Shown: positions 1 to 9,890 of the stretch, piece by piece
Position numbering within the stretch: the first letter of the stretch is position 1
Layout of the letters: each line of letters opens with the position of its first letter
Virus record (IMG/VR): IMGVR_UViG_2724679140_000011
Coordinates: 1-52,019 of that record
Reading direction: 5' to 3' (one strand)
DNA length: 52,019 nucleotides
Source: a virus
Lineage: Duplodnaviria; Heunggongvirae; Uroviricota; Caudoviricetes
Position numbers and translations under genes: made by a program
Notes under the pieces: model-generated
Seen by the model: the letters and a program-made list of their open reading frames with translations, nothing else
Databases searched by the model: none
What the model was told of the DNA's origin: nothing

Positions 1-727
1 TTATCAGTTACAGGAAAACATAACCAGAGTATTCCGAAAAAGAGAATAATCAATAAAATATTGAAAATACATGGTGCCGGGTGCCTCCCGGTGAATTCTG
101 CAATGACCAGACAGAATCCGCTGCTTGCTACTCTCGCTAATGCAACCCAACCTGACGGTCATTATGCCCCGCCGCTGAGGGGGATTCACCATGCTGGGAC
201 TTTTTAACAAATTGCACTAAAATAACACAACGATTAATCGACAAAATCGTGATTGACTTAACATTTTATTTCTACCCGAAATTATCACTGATGTACTGCA
301 TTATCTTCTGAAAACTCTCAGCTTTCTGTTCAGCGCCCGTCGCACAACTCCCTGACGCCATAACAGCTTTTATGGCTGAGCCTGAACCAATGAAGAAATC
401 CGCTACCAGGTCCACTGAATGACTACCAGCACAAATTACGGATGTTTTTTCACAAGAATACTTACCCGGGTAAAATTGATCTGGCTTATTCGTCCACATA
501 TCAGTGTACGGTAATAACACTATCACACAAAAATACTGGCGCAGACCTTTATATTCACTAAGTCAGTCACTTCTGTGATACATACATGGCCTCGAGCCAG
601 TGGTGTGTTTTTCCCTTTTCTGGTTAACGTAACATACCAATAGCTCTTGTCTAAAAAGCCAGCAAGCTGAAAGACCGGTATTCGAAACCACCAGCGCGTT
701 TAACGTCCTGTGCCGCTTTTTGGGCGC

Positions 728-752
728 AAAAAACCCGCCAGGCGGCGGGTTT
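728..752. terminator. GC-rich hairpin (cccgcc-aggc-ggcggg) flanked by A6 upstream and TTT downstream; possible bidirectional terminator
   Basis: Inverted repeat read directly; the A-run gives a T6 tail on the minus strand. Confidence 0.3.
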
Positions 753-1049
753 AAGCTGTGTGGCGAAGTTACCCCTCTTCACCAAGTATTCGGTAATAAA
801 ATAACTTGTGGTGTTCTCGTTTTTATGCCGATAAAATAAACGGTCCACTTTCAAATGGAGCGATTCATGATTTTTCTCAGAACTGAAAACGGCATCTAGA
901 AACTTGAAAACTGGGAGGAAATTATATCCAGACCAAACTTTGTCACCACTATAGACAAAGGAGTTCAACAACTTGAGGAGATAATTGGTTACTACAAATT
1001 TAAAGAAGAAATCCACTGTGGTTTAACTGGTTGCAACCAACCACATCAA

Positions 1050-1787
1050 ATGGGTTATATTGTAAAAACATCTAGTGGCATTGAAACCAACATCGGAAAT
1101 AAATGTGGTAAAAACGAATTTGGTGTGGAATTTGGTGAAAACGTTCTTAGTTTCAATAAATTTATGCAACTCGAAACCAATCGGGAAATTATTAGTACCG
1201 CAAAAAGTAAATGTGAAGCGTGGCAAAAAAATATTGAAACGATACGAAATATCAAACCCACAATAGATTATCTATCTTCTACCATCGAAAATAGTAAAAA
1301 TTCCAATTACTCCGGAAGACTTGGTGCTACAGAAATTCGTTTTTTGACCAAGAGCCAGATAGGCCTTGTAACCCTTTCTGAAGTGGAAACTGATAAGAAT
1401 ACCAAAACAATTCTGTTCGCAATGAATGAACACATGCGCGAGTCTGGAGAAGCAATAAGTGAATTCTACATAGGAAAAGTATCATTTAGTCATGTTCTTT
1501 TACCAGAAAACAATCTTCGTGATTTTTTTGTTGCGCTCAAAGAAGATCTAAAAAAAATTCAGTGTATTGATCTACAAACAGCCCCAAGCCCAGAAATTTC
1601 TAATGTTGCCAAAATTGCCAGTTCAATCGAAGAACGAATCAAGCGATTAAAAAAACTGAAACATGAAGCCAGTAAATTCCTAACTAAAAAAAATCTGCGT
1701 CCCATCGCAAACAAAATAAAATACTCATCGACAGCGGATGAACTTGAATTCCATAATTTCGAACGCTTTTTAAACGGGCTGAAATGA
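1050..1787 (+). CDS. hypothetical protein, 245 aa, AT-rich isolated gene
   Basis: Long ORF in AT-rich DNA, flanked by hairpin terminators; frame is open upstream to an in-frame TAG at 897-899. Confidence 0.55.
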   Translation: MGYIVKTSSGIETNIGNKCGKNEFGVEFGENVLSFNKFMQLETNREIISTAKSKCEAWQKNIETIRNIKPTIDYLSSTIENSKNSNYSGRLGATEIRFLTKSQIGLVTLSEVETDKNTKTILFAMNEHMRESGEAISEFYIGKVSFSHVLLPENNLRDFFVALKEDLKKIQCIDLQTAPSPEISNVAKIASSIEERIKRLKKLKHEASKFLTKKNLRPIANKIKYSSTADELEFHNFERFLNGLK

Positions 1788-1812
1788 TAAAAGCCCCGAA
1801 AGGGGCTTCTAT
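1788..1812. terminator. rho-independent terminator hairpin (agcccc-gaaa-ggggct)
   Basis: Perfect 6-bp stem with GAAA loop directly after the stop of 1050..1787; A/T runs on both sides. Confidence 0.45.
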
Positions 1813-1901
1813 CAAAATCATTTACGCATTATTCCGCATGCTCAAAAGAATACATGACAGATTAGGACAAAATCAAGTGCAATGTCGCAAAAAGCCTAAG
1901 T

Positions 1902-2732
1902 TTAGTTCACATCATCACCAAAACTTGTCACATTCTGAAAAGCAATATCGGCCTTACGCTCTTCCTGGTGACAAATGTCAACCAGAGAATCAAGAAACGG
2001 CTTCCAATTACGTGTCCATGTCCTGACATGTAGCTCGGGTATCCGCTTCAGTACAACTTTATATACTGTGGTAGACGGTACCGTGGAAAATCCATTTCCG
2101 CTGCAACGTTCGCAGATTTTAAACACTGGCACACCACGCTCGCTTGTGGCTTTGCGGTCCAGTACCTCTCCCTTTCCACCACAACGACACCTGGCACTTA
2201 TCACTCCCTTCCCTTTACATACATCGCAAACGACTGGTACAACTTCCGTTACCTCTGTCCATTTCTCCCAGTCTGACGGTCGAACAGCACGGGAGCGACT
2301 GGCCCAATATGGTGCTTTACCCCATGGGTATGAAACCTTACGAATGACCTGCTTACGGGGTGTTAGTCCGGTACCACTGCAACTATGGCATGTTACGCTG
2401 GTGGCCGCCGATCGGGAATACTCAGCAAAAGCAAACTGAGCCAGTACCAGCATACACCAGCCAAATTCACCACCAGCTGCTTTACGCACATTCTTCGGTG
2501 CAATTTTCATCGCGTGACGCGCCAGCGCCTGGACTGCCATCTGCTCATCAGTCTTGCTGATACCGGCCTTCCCGAAGAAGGCCGCCAGGCCAAACCGCTC
2601 ACGATTGCTGGTGGTACCAATAGCCGCCATAACATCGGTGCCTGTAAGACGTTCCGGAGAGGTTCCTTTCACATCGTCGCCGATATACATTCCCTGAGGA
2701 CTGAAGTATTTTAGCGATACCTCAAGCTTCAT
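1902..2732 (-). CDS. DnaJ-type zinc-finger protein with four CxxCxGxG repeats; possibly a phage late regulator (Q-like position)
   Basis: CHSCSGTG, CDVCKGKG, CRCGGKG, CERCSGNG in translation; last gene of the minus-strand early operon. Confidence 0.6.
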   Translation of the reverse strand: MKLEVSLKYFSPQGMYIGDDVKGTSPERLTGTDVMAAIGTTSNRERFGLAAFFGKAGISKTDEQMAVQALARHAMKIAPKNVRKAAGGEFGWCMLVLAQFAFAEYSRSAATSVTCHSCSGTGLTPRKQVIRKVSYPWGKAPYWASRSRAVRPSDWEKWTEVTEVVPVVCDVCKGKGVISARCRCGGKGEVLDRKATSERGVPVFKICERCSGNGFSTVPSTTVYKVVLKRIPELHVRTWTRNWKPFLDSLVDICHQEERKADIAFQNVTSFGDDVN

Positions 2733-3589
2733 TATTCACACTCCCCAACCAGATTAAGAATAACCGCCTCGCCATTGTCTTTCATATATTCGCCCTTTCC
2801 GCTTGCCAAAAACCAACGACACACCTCCACGGCTTCAGCCCGTGTCACCGGTTTGATGGTCATCAGCAATTTTTCAAGGTAGCGCTCGCGGTCATATACC
2901 GATTCGTGATGCTCAGAGTAACCATACTCATCGCCCTGTTCTTTAGTCGCAGTGTGGCGAACACTGTAGAGCCAGTCCCAGTAAACAAACTCACGAACTA
3001 CATCTGACAATGTATGAGGCTCTGGCAGTACATCACGATAACCATCAACATATGCACGACGCTGATCATCAATTTCATTCATACGGATACCGTCAATGCT
3101 GCCCGCTTTCTTCTCGGCTGCAGTCCAGCCCCAGAGATGATCGTCGATAAATTTCTGGGAAGACTTGATCACTCGCTCGGCTTCCACATCTTCGAGTGCT
3201 GCTTCATAGCTACCAAACATAGCCCTGACTGATGCTGCTTTTTTGATATTCTCCCTGGCGTTTCTGATTGCCTGTGCCGGGTTATCCATGCCGATGGTAC
3301 CGAAAGCAATCTGGAAAGGATCGCCACCATTCGCCAGCAGATAACGCGAATAGCGTTCCTGGGCCTCTTTTGGGGAAATTTTAATTTTCACCAGCGCGGC
3401 CTCAGCAGCATCCAGATGTGCGGGTTCGTTCAGACGGATAACCTCCAGCACCCAAAGATAAGCATCAGTCTGCTTATGCCCGGTGATTCTCCTCTGCTCG
3501 GGCAGGGGCTTGATGTTTGCGAGGGCGGAGCTGTACGCTTCCGTCGGGATGGTGAATAGTACTTTATGTTCGTTGTTATCAGTACGCAT
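2732..3589 (-). CDS. hypothetical phage protein, 285 aa
   Basis: Start overlaps the downstream gene and abuts the primase stop; operon context. Confidence 0.6.
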   Translation of the reverse strand: MRTDNNEHKVLFTIPTEAYSSALANIKPLPEQRRITGHKQTDAYLWVLEVIRLNEPAHLDAAEAALVKIKISPKEAQERYSRYLLANGGDPFQIAFGTIGMDNPAQAIRNARENIKKAASVRAMFGSYEAALEDVEAERVIKSSQKFIDDHLWGWTAAEKKAGSIDGIRMNEIDDQRRAYVDGYRDVLPEPHTLSDVVREFVYWDWLYSVRHTATKEQGDEYGYSEHHESVYDRERYLEKLLMTIKPVTRAEAVEVCRWFLASGKGEYMKDNGEAVILNLVGECE

Positions 3590-4557
3590 TACGCAGCCGC
3601 CTTTTTCTTATGGAAAACCAGCTCTCGAACCTGATCACCGTTCATGAGCATATTGTTGAAATCATCGTGATCCGGCCAGTACACGCTCACGCGCTGCAGG
3701 TCATTCTTCGCCATCAGATTGGCATGAGCACATTCGCAAGCCGCAGCCAGCCCGGTGGCGCTGTTCTCGTCACGGTCGGCAAAAATAATCAGGTGCAGAA
3801 CACCAGCTGGTACGCGGAACTTTTTCATAAAGCCGCTGTTAATGGTTGCCCAGGTGTTCACGTTATAAATCTGGTGCGCTGACAGCGCTGTTTCGATGCC
3901 TTCGGCGATACCCAGAGTGCTGGCGACAGGAAACATGCGGATAGCTACAGAACGAGCGTGATCCAGATAGTTATCTTCCTGCAGGGATTTGAGGCGCTTT
4001 GCACTGCTACCGATATCTGCTTTTTTATCACCATCAAGCAGAGTCTGGTGCAGATAGCACAACTCCCCTTTATCGTCCGTAGCAAGTGAATAAAGAGACT
4101 GGAACACACTCCCGTTGTGTCTCTGCCTGGCATTGAACCGGATCGCCTCAGCAGGAAGACTGAATATTCCACGAGAATTAAGATACGCTGCGCCGGATGT
4201 ACCACGCAGTGCCTCCAGTTTTGAAAACTTGCTCAATACCCGTTTGCGTAAGCTGGTGGCGCTGCTGGTTACCGGGATTTTAACCCGTTGGTAATCATTA
4301 CCGATCAGGCGGTCTATTTCGGTACAAATCTCGTTAAATGGCTTCGCCTGTGTCAGGGTGACAAGTTTCATACCATCGCCACTACCACATACACAGATCC
4401 ACGTTCCTGCACCGTCGCGGTCATCAATTCTGAACTTACCACGTGCACCGCATACCGGGCATTCACCCTTGAAGTGATTTTTTCCGGTTATCGGCGGCAA
4501 GCCGAAGTGCTCTAATATTTCAGGCCAACGGCCTTTCGCTGCATCTGCTGTTTTCAT
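3589..4557 (-). CDS. DNA primase, zinc-ribbon plus TOPRIM domain
   Basis: CPVCGARGKFRIDDRDGAGTWICVCGSGDG zinc ribbon; TOPRIM-like IAEGIETALS and IIFADRDENSATG; N-terminus resembles P4 alpha primase. Confidence 0.8.
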   Translation of the reverse strand: MKTADAAKGRWPEILEHFGLPPITGKNHFKGECPVCGARGKFRIDDRDGAGTWICVCGSGDGMKLVTLTQAKPFNEICTEIDRLIGNDYQRVKIPVTSSATSLRKRVLSKFSKLEALRGTSGAAYLNSRGIFSLPAEAIRFNARQRHNGSVFQSLYSLATDDKGELCYLHQTLLDGDKKADIGSSAKRLKSLQEDNYLDHARSVAIRMFPVASTLGIAEGIETALSAHQIYNVNTWATINSGFMKKFRVPAGVLHLIIFADRDENSATGLAAACECAHANLMAKNDLQRVSVYWPDHDDFNNMLMNGDQVRELVFHKKKAAA

Positions 4558-4558
4558 C

Positions 4559-6217
4559 TTACTGACTCAGACTGTTTATATTTTTCTGGAGTTGTTGCTT
4601 TGCCTGCATAATGCGCCAAGCCTCACTTCCTTCCGGTGGAACATACCGGCCACCAACAACCAGTGGCAGAGAAAGCACTTCGGATGAGTTTTTCGTCATC
4701 CTCCGTGTCCGTTCACGACCTTTAGCAAACCGGATCAGTTTGTGTCTGATGTAGTTACTTACCTCTGGGCTTATTTCCATCGGGAAACTGCTCAACCCAT
4801 CAGGCCATTCACCGAATTTCTCCCTGAAAGTGTGAGCACACCATCCATCACTGACTGGACGCCCCAGCGAAGCACGCTGGCGCTGATAAAATTTGATCTG
4901 ACTCCACCAGGACTGTTTCTCTGCCTTCGTCGACTGATGCTGATTTTTACCCAGCTTATTAAGTTTGCGGCTGGTGTCAGTATCAACGTCTTCACCTCGC
5001 AGCGGCTTGTGTCCACATTTCGGGCAAACATAGACGCCAGCTGGCTTCATGTAGTGGCATTGAGAGCATTCATGTGGCAGTTTTTCGGCCCGTTCCTCAG
5101 CTGCGCGGCGCGCGCTTTCCTCCATGCCGTCAGACTTACCGGGAAGATCGTCGTACTCGATTGAATCCGGATAACCCAGACGGTGCACGGTGCCGCTGTG
5201 ATCGAAGATAAGGCAGGACTCTTTACCCGGTGCGGTGCGCAGTCCACGCCCGAGAGCCTGTAACCAGCGAATTTCGCTTTTTGTTGGCCTGGCGTAGATG
5301 ATGCAACGAACGTCACTATCGAAGCCGGCCACCAGAACGCCCACACTAACAATGATTTTCGTTGCACCGGTTTCAAAGCGGTGAATGATGGTCTGGCGCT
5401 CATCTACCGGAGTGTCTGCGGTCATTACCTCAGCGTTAACACCTGCGAGGTTAAACTGGATTGTCAGGTAATTGGCGTGGGCTACGTTGACGCAGAAAGC
5501 GATGGTAGGTAGATCCCGACCATTCTCCAGCCAGTTCTGTACGATGTCGCCCACCAGCGTAGATCCGCACATGATTTCAGCCAGCTGTGTTTCGTTGTAA
5601 TCGCGGCCGTACTCAAGCGAAGATGTGGTTTTAACACCTTTCAGATCCGGCTTAGTTGGCGCGTAAAATTCGTATTTACTCAGATCGCCACGCTGGATTA
5701 ACTCGCCGATGGTGGTCGGCTTAATCAGTCGGTCATAGTATTTGCCCAGGAACGGAGAAAACGGAGTACCCGACAGGCCAATCACCTTTACGCCTTTGCC
5801 GCGCAGACATTCGATATCCTTCAGGATGCGTTTTTTACGCAGGTGCGCTTCGTCGATAATCAGCAGATCGATATTTTCAGGAAAAACACGACGAATAAGC
5901 GTGTCAGCGCTGGCAATCTGAATTTTCCGGTCCGGATCGTAGTTCGGGTGATCCGCCCAGATATAACCGATTTCATCTCCAGGTAAACCATACTGCACAA
6001 ACCGATTAGCCGTCTGACCAATCAGGATGGTGTACGGAACACAGAACAGAACGCGCATACCACGGCTGACAAAACCAGCAACTATGAAGGCTGCCAGACC
6101 CGTTTTACCGCTACCGGTTGGCGAGTACACCATGAAGGTGTCGTTTGCCTTCCAGTCACGGCGCAACATGTTTAGCGCACGCTCCTGTGCAAAATTCGGC
6201 GTGATTGTCAGCTGCAT
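4559..6217 (-). CDS. SF2 DEAD/DEAH-box helicase, phage replicative helicase
   Basis: Walker A SPTGSGKT, DEAH box IIDEAH, motif VI QALGRGLR, C-terminal CxxC...CxxC zinc ribbon. Confidence 0.8.
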   Translation of the reverse strand: MQLTITPNFAQERALNMLRRDWKANDTFMVYSPTGSGKTGLAAFIVAGFVSRGMRVLFCVPYTILIGQTANRFVQYGLPGDEIGYIWADHPNYDPDRKIQIASADTLIRRVFPENIDLLIIDEAHLRKKRILKDIECLRGKGVKVIGLSGTPFSPFLGKYYDRLIKPTTIGELIQRGDLSKYEFYAPTKPDLKGVKTTSSLEYGRDYNETQLAEIMCGSTLVGDIVQNWLENGRDLPTIAFCVNVAHANYLTIQFNLAGVNAEVMTADTPVDERQTIIHRFETGATKIIVSVGVLVAGFDSDVRCIIYARPTKSEIRWLQALGRGLRTAPGKESCLIFDHSGTVHRLGYPDSIEYDDLPGKSDGMEESARRAAEERAEKLPHECSQCHYMKPAGVYVCPKCGHKPLRGEDVDTDTSRKLNKLGKNQHQSTKAEKQSWWSQIKFYQRQRASLGRPVSDGWCAHTFREKFGEWPDGLSSFPMEISPEVSNYIRHKLIRFAKGRERTRRMTKNSSEVLSLPLVVGGRYVPPEGSEAWRIMQAKQQLQKNINSLSQ

Positions 6218-6328
6218 TGTGCTGCCCCCGCAGTGATGAGATAATAATTTTGTGATGTGGTTTTCATGGATTCCTCCTCACATGGCTGGCGGCCTCCCCA
6301 AAGGCTGCCAGCCCCCTTCCGAATCAAC

Positions 6329-6697
6329 TCACTTAAATTTCGTCGCACGAATAACGTCAATTCCGTTCTCGCTATATCGAAGAGGGTGCTTACCATCCCT
6401 GAGCAGGACAAAACCTGACATCCCCTCAGGTAGCTGAGCCAGCTTCACCAACGAACGGTTGCGGGGAGACTTCTTATCGACCTCAATGGCACACTGCTGG
6501 CCGTCTGATGATGTAACCAGGCAATCAATAAACCCTTTACGACCACCGCTAATGCTGATGCTGAAATTGCGTTGCAGGTGGTATCCCTGAGACTTGATTT
6601 TTTTCTGCATCACATAATCGAAAACAACTTTGTCATCGGAGCGAATGAATCGCTCTTCCATGAGAGTGATTAAATTTTGCTTCAGGTCTTCACTCAT
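6329..6697 (-). CDS. hypothetical protein, 122 aa
   Basis: ORF in early-right operon between Cro-like gene and helicase. Confidence 0.5.
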   Translation of the reverse strand: MSEDLKQNLITLMEERFIRSDDKVVFDYVMQKKIKSQGYHLQRNFSISISGGRKGFIDCLVTSSDGQQCAIEVDKKSPRNRSLVKLAQLPEGMSGFVLLRDGKHPLRYSENGIDVIRATKFK

Positions 6698-6946
6698 ACT
6701 TTTTTATCCATCTTGTACTAGCTTTCTGGTACAACCGTTTTTTCAGGGGTATCCCCCTTTAGATCGAGATCTACCTAACCTATGTACCCGTCTGTTGGAA
6801 AAGCCTGTTCCAGTGCTTCGCACTAACACACGGGCACTCCTCCCCCTCCCCTCCTCTCATTGAATTTTGTGCGCACTCTTTAACTAGTACAAAAATGCAA
6901 TGAGATTTGGGATTCAGCCACCGGACACCTTTAAGCCCGGTACCAA

Positions 6947-7234
6947 TCAGGAGCGCGATTGCGTTCCTGCCAGGGGCGGCTGAGTTGTATACCCCTGTAA
7001 AGCTCTGCCCTGATTTCTCACAAACAGGCGAAGCCTTGTGTTTGCTTCATGCCTTGCCCGGTTCTCCTTGCGGTACGAAACGGGTTCGGCCTCGAACGTC
7101 TCCTGATACACAGCTGCATAACGCTGGATAGCTTTTTGTCGTGTAGTTGGTGTCAGGCTAAGTAACTGCTGCTGAATCCAAGAGGAATCTGCTTGGCTGA
7201 AATCAGAAGGCATTCCCTCAAAACCACCGTTCAT
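6947..7234 (-). CDS. hypothetical protein, 95 aa (cII-position gene)
   Basis: Stop/start abuts the Cro-like gene; position only, no motif recognised. Confidence 0.45.
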   Translation of the reverse strand: MNGGFEGMPSDFSQADSSWIQQQLLSLTPTTRQKAIQRYAAVYQETFEAEPVSYRKENRARHEANTRLRLFVRNQGRALQGYTTQPPLAGTQSRS

Positions 7235-7462
7235 TTAGCTATCGCTACATCTGAAAACTAACTGCTCTTTGGCTATAATTGGCTTTTCGGGAAACGACTT
7301 AGAAGCCGTTTCAATCGCCAGAGCTAAGCGTGGGGAAGCATTTCGATAGCCGTACGCGATGAGATTTAAGTAACCGGAAGATGTACCCGATTTTTCAGCA
7401 AGATCTACCCATTCTTCTTTTGTTGAGGACTTACGCCATGCAAGTAGCTGGTTGTTCATCAT
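7235..7462 (-). CDS. Cro-like XRE-family HTH regulator
   Basis: HTH-like segment LAEKSGTSSGYLNLIAYGYRNASPRLALAI; divergent from CI-like repressor across an operator region. Confidence 0.6.
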   Translation of the reverse strand: MMNNQLLAWRKSSTKEEWVDLAEKSGTSSGYLNLIAYGYRNASPRLALAIETASKSFPEKPIIAKEQLVFRCSDS

Positions 7463-7569
7463 GGTCTCCTATGCAATGAAACAACTTTAGCGATTTGCTA
7501 AATACAATGCAATAATCATTTAGCGTTTTGTGTATTTACCACATTGCTAAATGATGAGAGTATCTTTAC
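7463..7569. promoter_or_regulatory. divergent promoter/operator region (OR-like) with TTAGC...GCTAA dyads
   Basis: ttagcgatttgctaaa, tttagcgttttg...cattgctaaatg between the cro-like and cI-like starts. Confidence 0.55.
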
Positions 7570-8259
7570 ATGGACATAAAAAGCATTCGTAAATCAAACC
7601 TTGAGCGGCTCATAATCGAATATCTCAAGCGAGATGGGCACACAACTAAAGCCTCATTCGCTGAACTGTGTAGGATAAGCCCTGCTCAATTGAGCCAGCT
7701 ATTGGGTCGAAATAGCCACAGAAATGTGGGTGACAAACTGGCAAGAAGGATCGAAGCGGCTATGGAGCGACCTTATGGGTGGCTCGATGGTCTACATGGA
7801 GAAAAGGACGTTAATGAAAATGAATTAGAGTATGTAGGGGCTGTCAGACCGGGGGCAGTTCCAGTGGTAGGAGAGGCTATTCTAGGGATAGACGGAATGA
7901 TAGATATGCTAGAAATCCATGCAGGCTGGTTACAGATCTATAGCGCGGATAAAGACGCCTATGGATTGAAGGTAAAAGGCGATAGCATGTGGCCTAGAAT
8001 CCAGTCCGGAGAATACGTGGTCATAGAGCCAAACACTCCTATCCACCCTGGAGATGAAGTCTTCGTCCGCACAAAGGACGGACATAACATGATAAAGATA
8101 ATGAGTAAAACTCGAGATGGTGATTTTCAATTTTCCAGCGTGAATAGCGAGCATAGGCCTATCACAGTAAGCCCGGATGAAATCGAGAAAATGCACTTTG
8201 TTTCGGCTATTGTTAAACATACCCGTTATGTTGACAATGATGAGATGCCAATCATGTAG
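7570..8259 (+). CDS. CI-like repressor (N-terminal HTH, C-terminal S24 LexA-like peptidase domain)
   Basis: HTH near N-terminus; S24 motifs VKGDSMWP and MIKIMSKTRDG; 229 aa. Confidence 0.85.
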   Translation: MDIKSIRKSNLERLIIEYLKRDGHTTKASFAELCRISPAQLSQLLGRNSHRNVGDKLARRIEAAMERPYGWLDGLHGEKDVNENELEYVGAVRPGAVPVVGEAILGIDGMIDMLEIHAGWLQIYSADKDAYGLKVKGDSMWPRIQSGEYVVIEPNTPIHPGDEVFVRTKDGHNMIKIMSKTRDGDFQFSSVNSEHRPITVSPDEIEKMHFVSAIVKHTRYVDNDEMPIM

Positions 8260-8339
8260 CCTGCCAATTATCCTCACGCAAGCCGACCTCTTGGTCGGTT
8301 TTTTTTATGGGCATCAGCATATCAAATACTCATATTTAT

Positions 8340-8410
8340 CAAAAGCATAAAGAAAAAAGCAAATAATTTAGCATTTTAGTATTGCTCATGATTTACCATT
8401 TTGCTAAATT
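8340..8410. promoter_or_regulatory. second operator-like cluster (OL/PL-like)
   Basis: tttagcattttagtattgctca and ttttgctaaa half-sites resembling the 7463-7569 dyads. Confidence 0.4.
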
Positions 8411-8735
8411 CATTTCATCGGCAACCAACGGAGCCAATGAGATGAACACAAACTCCCAACATAAACCAATTGGCCAGATATTTGATATTCACGCCAAGCT
8501 TAGATCAGCAAATTCGCATTGGTCTTATTGCCATGCTGTGCAGCCTCACGATAAAGGATTTGATTACCAATTTAATACGATATTTGCCGGTGAGATGGAG
8601 TTCGCCGTTTACGAACGCATCGAAAATTATTTTGTATTAGTTGATTTCTTCAAGTCATATGACGAGGCATGTGATGATGCTAAAAAAATCATTGATGAAC
8701 ATCCTGACATAAAAAAAATGCTCTCTACCATTTAA
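8382..8735 (+). CDS. hypothetical early-left protein (likely true start near 8442, MNTNSQ...)
   Basis: First ORF after the OL-like sites; not arginine-rich so not an obvious N analogue. Confidence 0.5.
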   Translation: MLMIYHFAKFISSATNGANEMNTNSQHKPIGQIFDIHAKLRSANSHWSYCHAVQPHDKGFDYQFNTIFAGEMEFAVYERIENYFVLVDFFKSYDEACDDAKKIIDEHPDIKKMLSTI

Positions 8736-9238
8736 CTAAGTAATTAACTCAACTAATCGTCATTAACACCTTTTCGGGTGGGGAAAAACTCACCCTGAGG
8801 AAATGAAAATGCAAAATTCACTTTTTTTAACGAGCCAATTAAAACACCACAAATGCTTTTCGGCTCTGACAATATTAATGATTTTGGAAACAGAGTTAAG
8901 AGTTGCAGGACGGAAGGTGATTCAATGCAGCCGACTATCGAACCCTGCGAGGTTGTTGTTGCTTTCGTTGATTGTGGTGGCCGCGTTCTTACACCCAGCA
9001 TCTATATCTATGTTTTTTACGGGCGATATTTTTGGTCGTAACCACCTGTTTATCAAGAGAATAAAACCCTTGCCGGACGGGTCACTAAAGAATATTTCTG
9101 ACAATCTCCATTACCAAACTTTCGCACTTAATACTGGTGAGCAAAAAGACATCCGTATTCACGGAAGAGTTGTCGCATCTTTAGCTGTGAGGCGCTTCGT
9201 ATGACTTTCATCAAAGATAAATCGGCATATAGATCAGC

Positions 9239-9532
9239 ATGCCTTTATGCGGCCTGCGGTTACGAGGTAATCGCTCGACTTTACCTAAAAAAAACATATG
9301 GACGGTAATTATGAGTATTTTAAAAAGGCAGGATATTCAGGGCGTGAATATCAAAGCAGAACAGTTATCTGGTTTATCGCAAACATTATATGAATATCAC
9401 GACAAGCTCGACAGATTTCAACTTAAAACTATATGTGCTTTGGTTTATGACCTAGCCGCTGAGATTCACGGATGGACCGAAAAGGAGGAGGAAATAGCTA
9501 TGAGTTTGGAGGAAGAACAGCGCAATGGATAA
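9239..9532 (+). CDS. hypothetical protein
   Basis: ORF in same-strand early operon; start uncertain. Confidence 0.4.
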   Translation: MPLCGLRLRGNRSTLPKKNIWTVIMSILKRQDIQGVNIKAEQLSGLSQTLYEYHDKLDRFQLKTICALVYDLAAEIHGWTEKEEEIAMSLEEEQRNG

Positions 9533-9890
9533 ATTAATAGAAATATATCGACGCCGAATACTTAAAGCCGGGTTATTACGCCACCAGCATAAAACCGGAA
9601 GCACCTGCATCATTATTAATATGCCTAAGGGGGGAATAAACACCGTCGAATTAACAGAAATACTGCTTGATGGTCTGTTGAGACGATTCGAAAAGCTGGC
9701 TCTCAGTGAATACGGGAATATTGACGGCGTAAAAGCCATCAGAGGAATTTACAGCAACGCCGTAGATGTGAATGGCAGCGGTGAGTTCCTGACAGAAAGC
9801 GGAAAGGTATTAATCGACGATCTCATTGCTGAGCTGGTCGAGTTTGCCAAGAAACAAAAATCAGTCACAGCGGAGACAAGCCATGAGTGA
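9525..9890 (+). CDS. hypothetical protein, 121 aa
   Basis: ORF overlapping neighbours by a few nt (operon-style coupling). Confidence 0.5.
   Translation: MDKLIEIYRRRILKAGLLRHQHKTGSTCIIINMPKGGINTVELTEILLDGLLRRFEKLALSEYGNIDGVKAIRGIYSNAVDVNGSGEFLTESGKVLIDDLIAELVEFAKKQKSVTAETSHE

Noticed and set aside
690-715. Weak resemblance to the ssrA 3' core (ggtattcgaaaccaccagcgcg)
   Set aside because: Only about 12 of 19 positions match, so it cannot be distinguished from chance without an alignment; not called as an att site.
651-1016. 121-aa minus-strand ORF
   Set aside because: It spans the GC hairpin at 728-752 and overlaps the plus-strand frame that runs into 1050..1787; no start context recognised, so it is probably not a gene.
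8382-8735. Lambda N-like antiterminator
   Set aside because: The protein occupies the N position after OL-like sites but has no arginine-rich motif, so the function is left open.
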